Shown one piece after another: positions 40,130 to 48,859 of a stretch of DNA of 64,000 nucleotides. Each line of letters starts with the position of its first letter. The first letter of the stretch is position 1. Origin of the DNA: Acidobacteriota bacterium (GTDB lineage Bacteria; Acidobacteriota; UBA6911; JACQSX01); the NCBI GenBank assembly GCA_036507075.1, contig DASXQR010000083.1, positions 1-64,000 on the forward strand, in the 5' to 3' direction. The notes beneath the pieces were generated by a model. That model had not been told where the DNA came from, made no database searches, and saw only the letters and a program-made list of their open reading frames with translations. A program made the position numbers and the translations under genes.

Positions 40130-43096
40130 ATGCGGTGTGGTCTAAAGAAAAACCACTTCAGCTTTGTATTCTGCGTCTTTTTGCTGTTTGTTGCCTTGGA
40201 CACCTCTCAGGCGCAGAACAATGCCGGTTCCGATGCCGGTTCGCGCGCGCTGGATGACGCTTACTCAAAGAAGATTCGCGAGTACACCACAGAGCTTTTT
40301 TTTCTGACTGAGCTCGTGGATCACCTTCCGGCATCGGACAAAGTTCCTTCCCCGGAAAAGATACTGGGTTACGTCATCGGGACCCCGAACAAGCTCACCT
40401 ACACCAGGGACATGTACCGCTACTACCGGGAACTGGAGAAGGCCTCTCCGCGGGTGCGTGTATTTACCGCCCCCGAGCGCAGCGAGGACGGCAAGGAACA
40501 ACTGCTGGTAATCGTGGGCGATCAAGAAAACATCGCCAGGCTGGATCAGTACAAAGAGATTACGCGAAGGCTTGCCGATCCGCGGGGCTTGAGCGAGACA
40601 GACGCCAGGCGTCTGGTATCGGAAGGGAAGCCTTTCTACTGGGCTTCGGGCTCCATCCATTCTCCAGAAACCGGATCGCCCGAAATGTTGATGGAGCTGG
40701 CGTACCGGCTGGCCGTCGACGAAAGTCCCTTCATACAGGCGATTCGAAAGAATGTGATTGTCATGATTACGCCCACTCTGGAAGTGGATGGACGAGATCG
40801 ATCCGTGGACCTTTACAACTATCGCAAGGCCAATCCGAAGAACGCGCCGCCTTCTCTTGTCTACTGGGGGAAATACGTGGCGCACGATAACAATCGCGAC
40901 GGTCTGGGAATGGCGCTGGCCCTGACGCGCAACATGATGAAGACCTTCCTTGAATATCACCCGACCATTCTCCACGACCTGCACGAGTCGGTGCCTTTCC
41001 TTTACACTTCCACCGGCACGGGCCCGTACAACGCATGGCTCGATCCACTGGTGATTGACGAATGGCACCTGCTCGCCTACCACGAAATCGAAGAGATGAC
41101 CAAGCGCGGAGTGCCGGGTGTTTGGACGCATGGCTTTTACGACGGATGGGCGCCCAACTATATGTTTTACGTCGCCAATGGGCACAACGCCATCGGCCGT
41201 TTCTACGAGACGTTTGGCGGCCGCGGAGCCGACACTGAGGAGCGCAGCGTGGGAGCCCAGGCACAGCGCGCCTGGTTCCGGCCCAATCCTCCTCTTTCCC
41301 GTGTAAAGTGGTCGATCCGCAACAACATCAATCTGCAGCAGTCGGCCATTTTGCTGGCAATGAGCTTTGTTGCCGACAACAAAGACCGCTTCCTCAATAA
41401 TTTTTATCTTAAGAGTGCGCGTTCCGTGGCGAAAGCAAAGAATGAGGGACCGGCGGCCTACGTTATACCCGGCGACGTGGCGCGGCCGGTGGAAGCCGCC
41501 GACATGGTAAACCTGCTTCGCCTGATGGGCGTCGAAGTGCACACCGCATCTCAGGAGTTTGTGGTCAAGGATCAGAAGTTTCCATCGGGCTCCTACATCA
41601 TCCGCATGGATCAGCCCTATTCGCGCATGGCCGACATGCTGCTGGACACGCAGTTTTACAACGTCAACGATCCGCGGCCCTACGACGACACAGGTTGGAC
41701 GCTGGGCGCGCTGCGAAACGTCAAAACCGTGCGTGTTACCGACGCCGGCGTCCTGACCGCGCCGATGAAACTGATCGCATCCGACGTCAAGGTCCCCGGA
41801 AAGATCCATGGTTCTGCTTCCACGGCCGGCTATGTCATCAACCACAATACGGAAAACCCGTTGGCGACTCTCCGCTTCAAACTGAAGGACATAAAGATTT
41901 CGGCTGCCGAAGAGGCGTTCAAGATCGGAGATCAGTCCTTCAATGCAGGTTCCTTCATCATCCGCACCGAGGGGAATCCATCCGACCTGCGTTCGCGTCT
42001 GGAGCAGGTTGTGCGTGAGCTGGGCCTGGCCGCGCACGCGCTCGACAAACTCCCGTCGGTGAAGAGTCACGACCTGTCGGCCCCCCGCATCGCCATACTG
42101 CACACCTGGACAAACACCCAGAATGAGGGGTGGTTTCGCATCGAGTTTGATCGACTGCAGATTCCCTACTCCTACATTTCCGACCAGGTTGTCCGAAATA
42201 CTCCCGACCTGCGAAGCAAGTATGACGTGATAATTTTCCCGCCGCTGGGCGGGTCCGCTCAGAGCATCGTGAACGGAATTCCGAAACGAGGTGAAGCCAT
42301 TCCCTGGAAGGCCTCCGACCTGACGCCGAATTTCGGCTCCTCGCCGGACCAGACCGACGACATGCGGGGCGGGATGGGAATAGCGGGAGTGGCCAACCTG
42401 CAGAAGTTTATCGAAGAGGGCGGGCTGTTTGTCACCATCACCAACATGGCTCGAGTTCCAATCGACTACGGGATCACTTCGGGCGTCAGCGTGGATGAAG
42501 CAAGACAGTTGCAGGCACGTGGTTCCGTTTTTAACGCTACCGTTTCTGACCGGGGAAGCCCGATCGCTTACGGTTATGACGAGAAGCTTTCCATTTATTT
42601 TGACCAGGCGCCGCTGTTGCGCGTCAGCATTCTTCCCGGGGGTTTTGGAGGTGGAGGGCAGCAACCTGACTCGGGCCAGCGGGCGTCGGGCCGCGGCGGA
42701 CTCAATGATCCTGACATCCCGCAAGGCAGGCCGCAAGCGGGCGCCCAACCGGCTCCGCAGCGAGGCCGCCCGGGCGAAGAACAGATCACCGACGAGCAGC
42801 GCCAGGCATTCAGTGCTTTCATCCCGCCCCCGGAGATGAGACCGCGTGTAGTGCTGCGATTTAACTCGGATGAAAAGAATCTGCTGCTCAGCGGAATGCT
42901 GGCAGGCGGGTCGGAACTGGCCAACAGACCGGCCGTGGTGGATGTTCCGGTGGGGCGAGGGCATGTGGTGATGTTTGCCACCAACCCAATGTGGCGTCAC
43001 CAGACCCAGGGGGAATTCTTCCTGCTGTTCAACGCGGCCCTGAATTATGACAATTTGGGAGCAGGCCGCGCCGCGCCGCCGGAACGGACGCAATGA
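40130..43096 (+). CDS. Secreted M14-family zinc carboxypeptidase-like protein
   Basis: Signal peptide, IHSPE (HxxE), DNNRD, HDLHE and PYDDTGWTL. Confidence 0.85.
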   Translation: MRCGLKKNHFSFVFCVFLLFVALDTSQAQNNAGSDAGSRALDDAYSKKIREYTTELFFLTELVDHLPASDKVPSPEKILGYVIGTPNKLTYTRDMYRYYRELEKASPRVRVFTAPERSEDGKEQLLVIVGDQENIARLDQYKEITRRLADPRGLSETDARRLVSEGKPFYWASGSIHSPETGSPEMLMELAYRLAVDESPFIQAIRKNVIVMITPTLEVDGRDRSVDLYNYRKANPKNAPPSLVYWGKYVAHDNNRDGLGMALALTRNMMKTFLEYHPTILHDLHESVPFLYTSTGTGPYNAWLDPLVIDEWHLLAYHEIEEMTKRGVPGVWTHGFYDGWAPNYMFYVANGHNAIGRFYETFGGRGADTEERSVGAQAQRAWFRPNPPLSRVKWSIRNNINLQQSAILLAMSFVADNKDRFLNNFYLKSARSVAKAKNEGPAAYVIPGDVARPVEAADMVNLLRLMGVEVHTASQEFVVKDQKFPSGSYIIRMDQPYSRMADMLLDTQFYNVNDPRPYDDTGWTLGALRNVKTVRVTDAGVLTAPMKLIASDVKVPGKIHGSASTAGYVINHNTENPLATLRFKLKDIKISAAEEAFKIGDQSFNAGSFIIRTEGNPSDLRSRLEQVVRELGLAAHALDKLPSVKSHDLSAPRIAILHTWTNTQNEGWFRIEFDRLQIPYSYISDQVVRNTPDLRSKYDVIIFPPLGGSAQSIVNGIPKRGEAIPWKASDLTPNFGSSPDQTDDMRGGMGIAGVANLQKFIEEGGLFVTITNMARVPIDYGITSGVSVDEARQLQARGSVFNATVSDRGSPIAYGYDEKLSIYFDQAPLLRVSILPGGFGGGGQQPDSGQRASGRGGLNDPDIPQGRPQAGAQPAPQRGRPGEEQITDEQRQAFSAFIPPPEMRPRVVLRFNSDEKNLLLSGMLAGGSELANRPAVVDVPVGRGHVVMFATNPMWRHQTQGEFFLLFNAALNYDNLGAGRAAPPERTQ

Positions 43097-44742
43097 ATCT
43101 GGTCAATTTCATTTTCGAGGCCGCCTCGAAGCTGAAGCGATGGCCACATCCGGCCGTCCTTTATGGTTCCTCCCGGTACAGTTATCAGCATCTGCTTTCG
43201 CGGGTTCGTCAATCGGCATCGGTAATTCGGCAGTGCGGCGTGCTTCGCGGGGACCGCGTGGCGATTGTATGCTGCGACTGTCCTGATTTCATTTGTGGCT
43301 TTCTTGGAAGCATTGCGGCGCGTTCGATTGCCGTGCCCATCAGCACCATGCTTCCCGCCGGCGAGCTGGAATTCATACTCGCGGACTGCGGCGCAAAAGC
43401 AGTCCTGCTCTCTCCCGATCAACTGGAGAAGGTGTCGCCGGTACTTGGCAATCTTCCCGATCTGAAAACCGTATTCATGACCTGCAGGTTGCGTGCGAAC
43501 CAAATCCCAGACCCAAACATTCCACCGCCTGAGATTACTAGGCATTCAAACGCTCCCTTCGTGCCTTCGTGGCTTCGTGGCGTCTCTCAGACCGTGATTG
43601 ATTTCGACCAGGCCATTTCGGAATCGCCACCGGCCGCCATCGACGATGCGCCGGACGACGAGCTTGCCTTCATTCTTTACACGTCGGGCAGCACCGGGAA
43701 GCCTAAAGGGGCAATGCATCTGCATCGAAACTTACCATGGACCGTCAACACTTATTGCCGCCACATCTTGAACGTTCAGCCTGAGGACCGGTTGTTTTCC
43801 TCTTCCAGACTTTTCTTTGCCTATGGTCTGGGCAACAGCCTGTCTTTTCCGCTCAGTTCCGGCGCCGGCGCGATTCTTTGCAGCGAGCGGCCGACTCCTC
43901 CTGTTATTTCCGATGTATTCAGACGTCACAGGCCGACGATCTTCTTTGGCGTGCCGGCCGTCTTTCGGGCGCTGATTGAGTATCGGGAAGCGGGAAATCC
44001 CCTGGACACGGAATCGATTGTTTTCTGCGTTTCTGCCGGCGAAAAGCTTCCGAAACGCGTTTACCACGACTGGAAGGCGATCACCGGTCTGGAAATTCTC
44101 GACGGGATCGGCTCGACCGAAATGCTGCACATGTTCATGTCCAACAGCCGCGATTCGGTAACACCGGGCTCCAGCGGCAAGCCGCTTCCCTGTTACGAAG
44201 CAAAACTGCTGGATCCTGCGGGCAATGAAATACCGGGAACCGGGACGGGAGATCTTCTGATCAAAGGAGGCAGCGCCAGCCCGGGCTATTGGCGCAATCC
44301 TGAAAAGACGGCTTCCACGATGCTTGGAGAATGGATGCGCACGGGGGACATCTACCGCCGCGACAGTGAGGGAAATTACTGGTTTGACGGGCGGAGTGAC
44401 GATCTGTTCAAAGTCAAGGGCCTGTGGATCTCTCCTGTTGAAGTTGAAGAGGCGCTGCTGAATGCTCCAGAGGTGAGCGAAGCGGCTGTCGTGGCGGCTT
44501 ACGATCCTGATGGGTTAAGCCGGGTGGTCGCTTTTGTGGTGTTGAGAAATGATCATCTAAAGGACGCTGCCGCCGTTGAGAGAATAAAATCGGCGGCATG
44601 CCAGCGCCTGCAGCCATACAAATGTCCGTCGGAGATTTACTTCCTGGACAAACTCCCGCGCACAGCCACAGGCAAACTGCAGCGGTTCAAACTCAGGGAA
44701 GCTCGTCAAAATGCGGATTTCGGAATGCAGAATGCGGAATAA
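43093..44742 (+). CDS. Benzoate-CoA ligase family AMP-binding enzyme
   Basis: YTSGSTGKPKG, LFFAYGLGN, SAGE, DGIGSTEMLH, TGD and PRTATGKLQRF. Confidence 0.92.
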   Translation: MNLVNFIFEAASKLKRWPHPAVLYGSSRYSYQHLLSRVRQSASVIRQCGVLRGDRVAIVCCDCPDFICGFLGSIAARSIAVPISTMLPAGELEFILADCGAKAVLLSPDQLEKVSPVLGNLPDLKTVFMTCRLRANQIPDPNIPPPEITRHSNAPFVPSWLRGVSQTVIDFDQAISESPPAAIDDAPDDELAFILYTSGSTGKPKGAMHLHRNLPWTVNTYCRHILNVQPEDRLFSSSRLFFAYGLGNSLSFPLSSGAGAILCSERPTPPVISDVFRRHRPTIFFGVPAVFRALIEYREAGNPLDTESIVFCVSAGEKLPKRVYHDWKAITGLEILDGIGSTEMLHMFMSNSRDSVTPGSSGKPLPCYEAKLLDPAGNEIPGTGTGDLLIKGGSASPGYWRNPEKTASTMLGEWMRTGDIYRRDSEGNYWFDGRSDDLFKVKGLWISPVEVEEALLNAPEVSEAAVVAAYDPDGLSRVVAFVVLRNDHLKDAAAVERIKSAACQRLQPYKCPSEIYFLDKLPRTATGKLQRFKLREARQNADFGMQNAE

Positions 44743-44897
44743 AAGCTGTCTTTGGTCAGGTGTCAGTTGTCCGTTGTCCATTGTTCGTGGTCCATTGTTC
44801 CTTAACCGATCACGTAGCCATGCTCAACTGACAACGGACAACTGACAACGGACAATTATTCCGCATTCCGCATTCCGCATTCCACATTCCGCATTTG
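44707..44897. repeat. Nested MITE-like element, copy 3 of 3 (supplies the last codons and stop of the CoA ligase)
   Basis: Same arms, with core TAACCGATCACGTAGCCATGCTCAACTG. Confidence 0.9.
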
Positions 44898-44901
44898 GCC
44901 A

Positions 44902-45432
44902 TCAGCCCAGGTCCGGGACAACCTGCAGCGCGTCGTTGAACCGGTTTGTGAAATTTGCGACACAGATAGTAAGGGTCAGTTCTACGATTTGATCTTCACT
45001 GAAGTATTTCCGCAGATCCTCAAGAGTTCCTTCGCGGATTGCAGCCGCGCCGCGCGTGACACGTTCCGCATAAAGCAGGGCTGCCTTTTCCTTTTCATCA
45101 AACAATCGGCTGCGATTGTAAAACGGAAGTGCTTTGATCTGGTCTTCCGTCAGGCCGTTCCGCTTCGCCGAAGCGGTGTGGGCGCGCGTTCAATACTCGC
45201 AGGCGTTCACAATCGATGTCTCAAGATAAGCAAGCTCCTTATATTTTGGTTCCAGAGTTCCTTCATTGATCACCGCACCGTACAGATCAAGAAGGCTTTT
45301 CAGCGCGCTAGGACGGTGAGCCATAACGGCGAAGATGTTAGGCATGTGGCCAAAGACGCCGGATAACTTGTCGTAAATTGGCTTTACTTCGGGAGCGGCC
45401 TTCTCTTTGGTGAGCGGACTGACAGCGGGCAT
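44902..45432 (-). CDS. AhpD/carboxymuconolactone decarboxylase family protein, probable selenoprotein (CEYU, Sec81; 176 aa)
   Basis: Two in-frame ORFs joined by a single TGA (45190-45192) at the second Cys position of CxxCxxxH. GGAGG RBS upstream. Confidence 0.85.
45160..45176 (-). promoter_or_regulatory. Putative bacterial SECIS hairpin
   Basis: mRNA reads UGA-N13-CCGCUUC-GGC-GAAGCGG: a 7-bp stem with a G-starting loop about 21 nt after the UGA. Confidence 0.65.
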
Positions 45433-45565
45433 CGGAATTCCTCCTTGTGAGTAAGAGCCCAGTCTAACATTTGTCCGGGCCAGTGAAGCGTGGCGCCTGC
45501 AAATTGCAGGCAAAAAAAATTCTGCAACCATCAAGGGACAGCCATTGGTCACGGGTCATCAGCCA

Positions 45566-46657
45566 TCATTGGTCATAACTCGTCTTTGTCTTCTTCGTGT
45601 CTTTGTGGTGAAACCGATCCAATTCGGGCGACAGGATTTCACGCGCTAAGATTTCACTAAACCGAATGCGCCCAGCTTCATCGACGTGGTGACTGTCCGA
45701 AAACTCTGAATCGGGTACGCTGCTCCGCAAATCAATGAAAGCGCATCCGTACTTCTGGTTTAGATCGCGCATGTAGACGCCAAAGGACTCCTCAATTTGT
45801 GGTGTGTACAAAGCCCGGTGCGAACTCGACAGTGGAGCACCGACCAGCAAGGCTCGAATGTTTCGGTCGCGGCACAAACGCAGCAGATCGCCAAGGAAAA
45901 GCGCCGGGCCACCGCCAATCTCATAGTCTTGAAGCCATTTTCTATAACCCCGCAGATTCGTTCTTGTCGCCTCCAGCGCGGCCATGTCGTGGGGATGTGA
46001 AGGTGCAATCCAGTCGGATCGCATCCACGGGAGGATTACCCTCTGGCTGGGTGAAGGCGATCCACTAACGCACTCGACAAGCCATTCGCGGAAGTGGCTG
46101 CGATGGCGGTACCATGGAACCAGACGCGATGAAGCAAATCGTGAGAGCGCGCCGGACGAAATCACGTCCGGCAGGAAAGGCGCGATGCCGCGCCACGTGA
46201 GTTCCCTTGTCAGATGAATTGCAAGCCAACGGTTTTTCCGGCAGATGTATTCGGGAGTTATCTCGATTACGACGATCCGCGGCGTGCCGGCGGAAACCAG
46301 ATGGGAAAGAATTAACGCAGAGGTGACCAGATCACCTCCTGCAACACTGGCGTTAAACGCCTGCACCGATGCGTCGCCGGTAAGGCTGCGCAGGTGTCCC
46401 TGCACTCGGCGATCGTCGATGCTGCAACCAAAACGAGAACTGCCAAGGCAGACGATCTCCGCCGGACGTTGCGGCGCCTTGAATGCTTCGACTACCGTGG
46501 CCGCGTGCGGAAAGCGCACATCGAGCGGGCACCAGTCGATCAGAATCGCCCCAATCACCTCCAGGATGCAAATTGCAAAAAAAGCCCAGACAGTGGCGTT
46601 CCGGGCGTCTCGGCAATGACGCCGCAGTTTATCTTCCCGGTGTTTTGCGTTTTCCAT
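45566..46657 (-). CDS. SGNH/DltD-like periplasmic partner of the MBOAT acyltransferase
   Basis: N-terminal TM, CLGSSR (GSS), FIDL and SDSHH (DxxH). Abuts the MBOAT gene. Confidence 0.7.
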   Translation of the reverse strand: MENAKHREDKLRRHCRDARNATVWAFFAICILEVIGAILIDWCPLDVRFPHAATVVEAFKAPQRPAEIVCLGSSRFGCSIDDRRVQGHLRSLTGDASVQAFNASVAGGDLVTSALILSHLVSAGTPRIVVIEITPEYICRKNRWLAIHLTRELTWRGIAPFLPDVISSGALSRFASSRLVPWYRHRSHFREWLVECVSGSPSPSQRVILPWMRSDWIAPSHPHDMAALEATRTNLRGYRKWLQDYEIGGGPALFLGDLLRLCRDRNIRALLVGAPLSSSHRALYTPQIEESFGVYMRDLNQKYGCAFIDLRSSVPDSEFSDSHHVDEAGRIRFSEILAREILSPELDRFHHKDTKKTKTSYDQ

Positions 46658-48046
46658 TTAGAACTGAAAATAAATAAACAACTTCCCGTCGTCCGGCATC
46701 AACAGTTGTGCAATCACAAACGTCGTGGCCATCGCCACTCCCCAAGCGGGCGCCGGCAGGATGCGACCCAGCCGAATGAATTTGCCGAATATGCCGGCGC
46801 CGATCGCATGACCGACGCAAACAATCAGAATCAGGCTGGCGGCGCCTATCAGAAGCATCCCATCCTGTATGCGGCCGTCGGCAGGCACAAACATTCGCGT
46901 CAGAACAGTGAGTGCCGTGGAGAAGGAGTCAGCCCGGAAGAAAACCCATCCGACAGAGACGGCCAGAAGAGTCAACAAGCCTGCGAGCATGCGCGGAAGC
47001 CCAACTCTGCCCCGCAGTGCCCGGTTTATGCTCAGCAGCGTTCCGTGGTAGAAGCCCCAGAAAACAAAAGTCCATCCAGCTCCGTGCCATAGACCTCCCA
47101 GCGTCATAGTGAGCAGGAGATTGCGATACGTTTTCAACCGTCCCTCGCGGCTGCCGCCCAGAGGAAAATAAAGATAATCGCGCAGCCAGCTAGACAGTGT
47201 GATGTGCCACCGTCTCCAGAACTCCGAGATATCCAAAGACAGGTACGGCATGCGAAAGTTGACCGGCAGCTTGAACCCGAATGAATGCGCCAAACCGATC
47301 GCCATGTCAGAGTAGCCTGAAAAATCGCAGTAGATCTGCACTGTGTAGCAGACAACGGCCCACCAGATGGCCCTGGAAGCAAAACTCGCGGGGTCGGCAA
47401 ATACCGGATCGACTGCGGCAGCCAGGTGATCAGCGATCACCGCCTTTTTGAACAGCCCGCGTAGAAACAATTCGCATCCGAGCTGAATGCGGATCCAATC
47501 GAAGCGCTTCTGCCGGCGCACCTGAGGGAAAAAGAATCCCGGTCGGACGATCGGGCCGGCAATCAGGTGAGGAAAGAAAAGGATAAAAAGCGCATAGTCC
47601 GCCGGGTTTCGAACCGGCTCTATCCTTCGCCGGTAAACGTCGACGACGTAGCTGATGGCCTCAAACGTATAAAACGAAATGCCGAGCGGCAGGACGACGT
47701 GGAAGACGGGAGCAGCACGCTCGGAGCCGACCAGATTCAGGAAGTTTATCGTGAGGAAATTGCCGTACTTGAAAAAAGCAAGCAGCCCCAGGTTGACGCT
47801 GAGACTCAGCCACAGCAAAATTTTTCGCAATCGCTGCGCTTGCAAAGCTGCCATTTTCAAGGCGACCATATAGTCGACTGAAGTCGAAGCAAAAATCACC
47901 AGCAAATACCACGGACTCCAAAAGGCATAAAAGATGATGCTTGCTGCCAGCAGGCAGAGCATTCGCAGCCGATGATCACGCAGCGACCAGTAGATGCCGA
48001 AAGCTGCCACAAAGAGGCAGAGAAAGGCGAAGGAGTGGAAGAGCAT
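46658..48046 (-). CDS. MBOAT family O-acyltransferase (AlgI/DltB-like)
   Basis: LPLGISFYTF, FPHLIAGPIVR, IYCDFSGYSD, FWRRWHITLS and GLWHGA. Confidence 0.95.
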   Translation of the reverse strand: MLFHSFAFLCLFVAAFGIYWSLRDHRLRMLCLLAASIIFYAFWSPWYLLVIFASTSVDYMVALKMAALQAQRLRKILLWLSLSVNLGLLAFFKYGNFLTINFLNLVGSERAAPVFHVVLPLGISFYTFEAISYVVDVYRRRIEPVRNPADYALFILFFPHLIAGPIVRPGFFFPQVRRQKRFDWIRIQLGCELFLRGLFKKAVIADHLAAAVDPVFADPASFASRAIWWAVVCYTVQIYCDFSGYSDMAIGLAHSFGFKLPVNFRMPYLSLDISEFWRRWHITLSSWLRDYLYFPLGGSREGRLKTYRNLLLTMTLGGLWHGAGWTFVFWGFYHGTLLSINRALRGRVGLPRMLAGLLTLLAVSVGWVFFRADSFSTALTVLTRMFVPADGRIQDGMLLIGAASLILIVCVGHAIGAGIFGKFIRLGRILPAPAWGVAMATTFVIAQLLMPDDGKLFIYFQF

Positions 48047-48106
48047 TTGCGGCCGAAGGATATCAGGTTGCGACCGGGCGGTTCAAAGGACCAAAATACT
48101 GCCATT

Positions 48107-48541
48107 GTGGACAATTTCATGCGCGCAGCCATTGATGAAGCTCTCAAGGGAAGGGCGGAGGGAGGAATTCCTATCGGTTCCGTGTTGGTAAAGAACGGAA
48201 AGATTATCGGAAGAGGACGGAACAAGCGGGTACAGGAGGGAAATCCCGTTCTCCACGCCGAGATTGATTGTCTGCAGAACGCAGGAAGGATCGGGCGGTA
48301 CAACGATACGGTCCTTTATTCCACGCTGATGCCCTGCTATTTGTGCGCCGGAGCGGCAGTGCAGTTTCAAATCGGCAAAGTAATCGCGGGCGAATCAAAA
48401 ACTTTCGCCGGCGCCAGGGAGTTTCTGGAGTCACGCGGGATTGAGGTCGTCGATTTGGATCTGGCCGAGTGCAAACAGATGATGGCCGACTTTATCCAAA
48501 AGAATCCTGAACTATGGAATGAAGATATTGGAGAACTTTAA
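48107..48541 (+). CDS. Nucleoside/cytosine deaminase (Zn-dependent)
   Basis: EGGIPIGSVL, HAE, PCYLC and WNEDIG. Confidence 0.92.
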   Translation: MDNFMRAAIDEALKGRAEGGIPIGSVLVKNGKIIGRGRNKRVQEGNPVLHAEIDCLQNAGRIGRYNDTVLYSTLMPCYLCAGAAVQFQIGKVIAGESKTFAGAREFLESRGIEVVDLDLAECKQMMADFIQKNPELWNEDIGEL

Positions 48542-48620
48542 AACCGGGGCTGCCGCCTTCCCTTTGGCGGCAAGGCTCTGGAGAGTTTCTCAAAACTCAC
48601 AAATCTCCATTTGTTACGAA

Positions 48621-48713
48621 TGGGTTTGTCACTCTTAGGCCGCTGCAAGCGGCCTGCAGAGACGCGACCTGCAAGCCGGACGGAAAGGTTTCGGGCACTT
48701 CGCCGGCATGCCA
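48621..48713 (-). pseudogene. Displaced 3'-end remnant of the erythromycin-esterase-family gene; direct repeat of 52188-52280
   Basis: 79/93 nt identical without gaps (manual alignment). Translates as WHAGEVPETFPSGL versus WKSGEVPETFPSGM*. Confidence 0.85.
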
Positions 48714-48859
48714 TTTGAGAAAGAATGGTTCAAAATTATAATGAATGCTACCGTCAGGAAGATTCTTTACCTGGGCGCGCGGAAACTAGAGCTAAATACA
48801 GCTTTCGCGTTCTACGCGCCTTCGCGGTGAATTTTTCGCACCTTCCGGGGGAATGAACT

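Noticed and set aside
40265..43093. Long antisense ORFs (942 aa here; also 6387-8522, 14370-15914, 36176-37423, 54313-55620, 59184-60290)
   Set aside because: They are shadows of well-supported genes on the opposite strand in GC-rich DNA and carry no recognisable motifs.
44902..45552. Two separate small genes or a pseudogene
   Set aside because: A single TGA at the catalytic Cys position plus a downstream hairpin favours Sec recoding, pending a check for sel genes.
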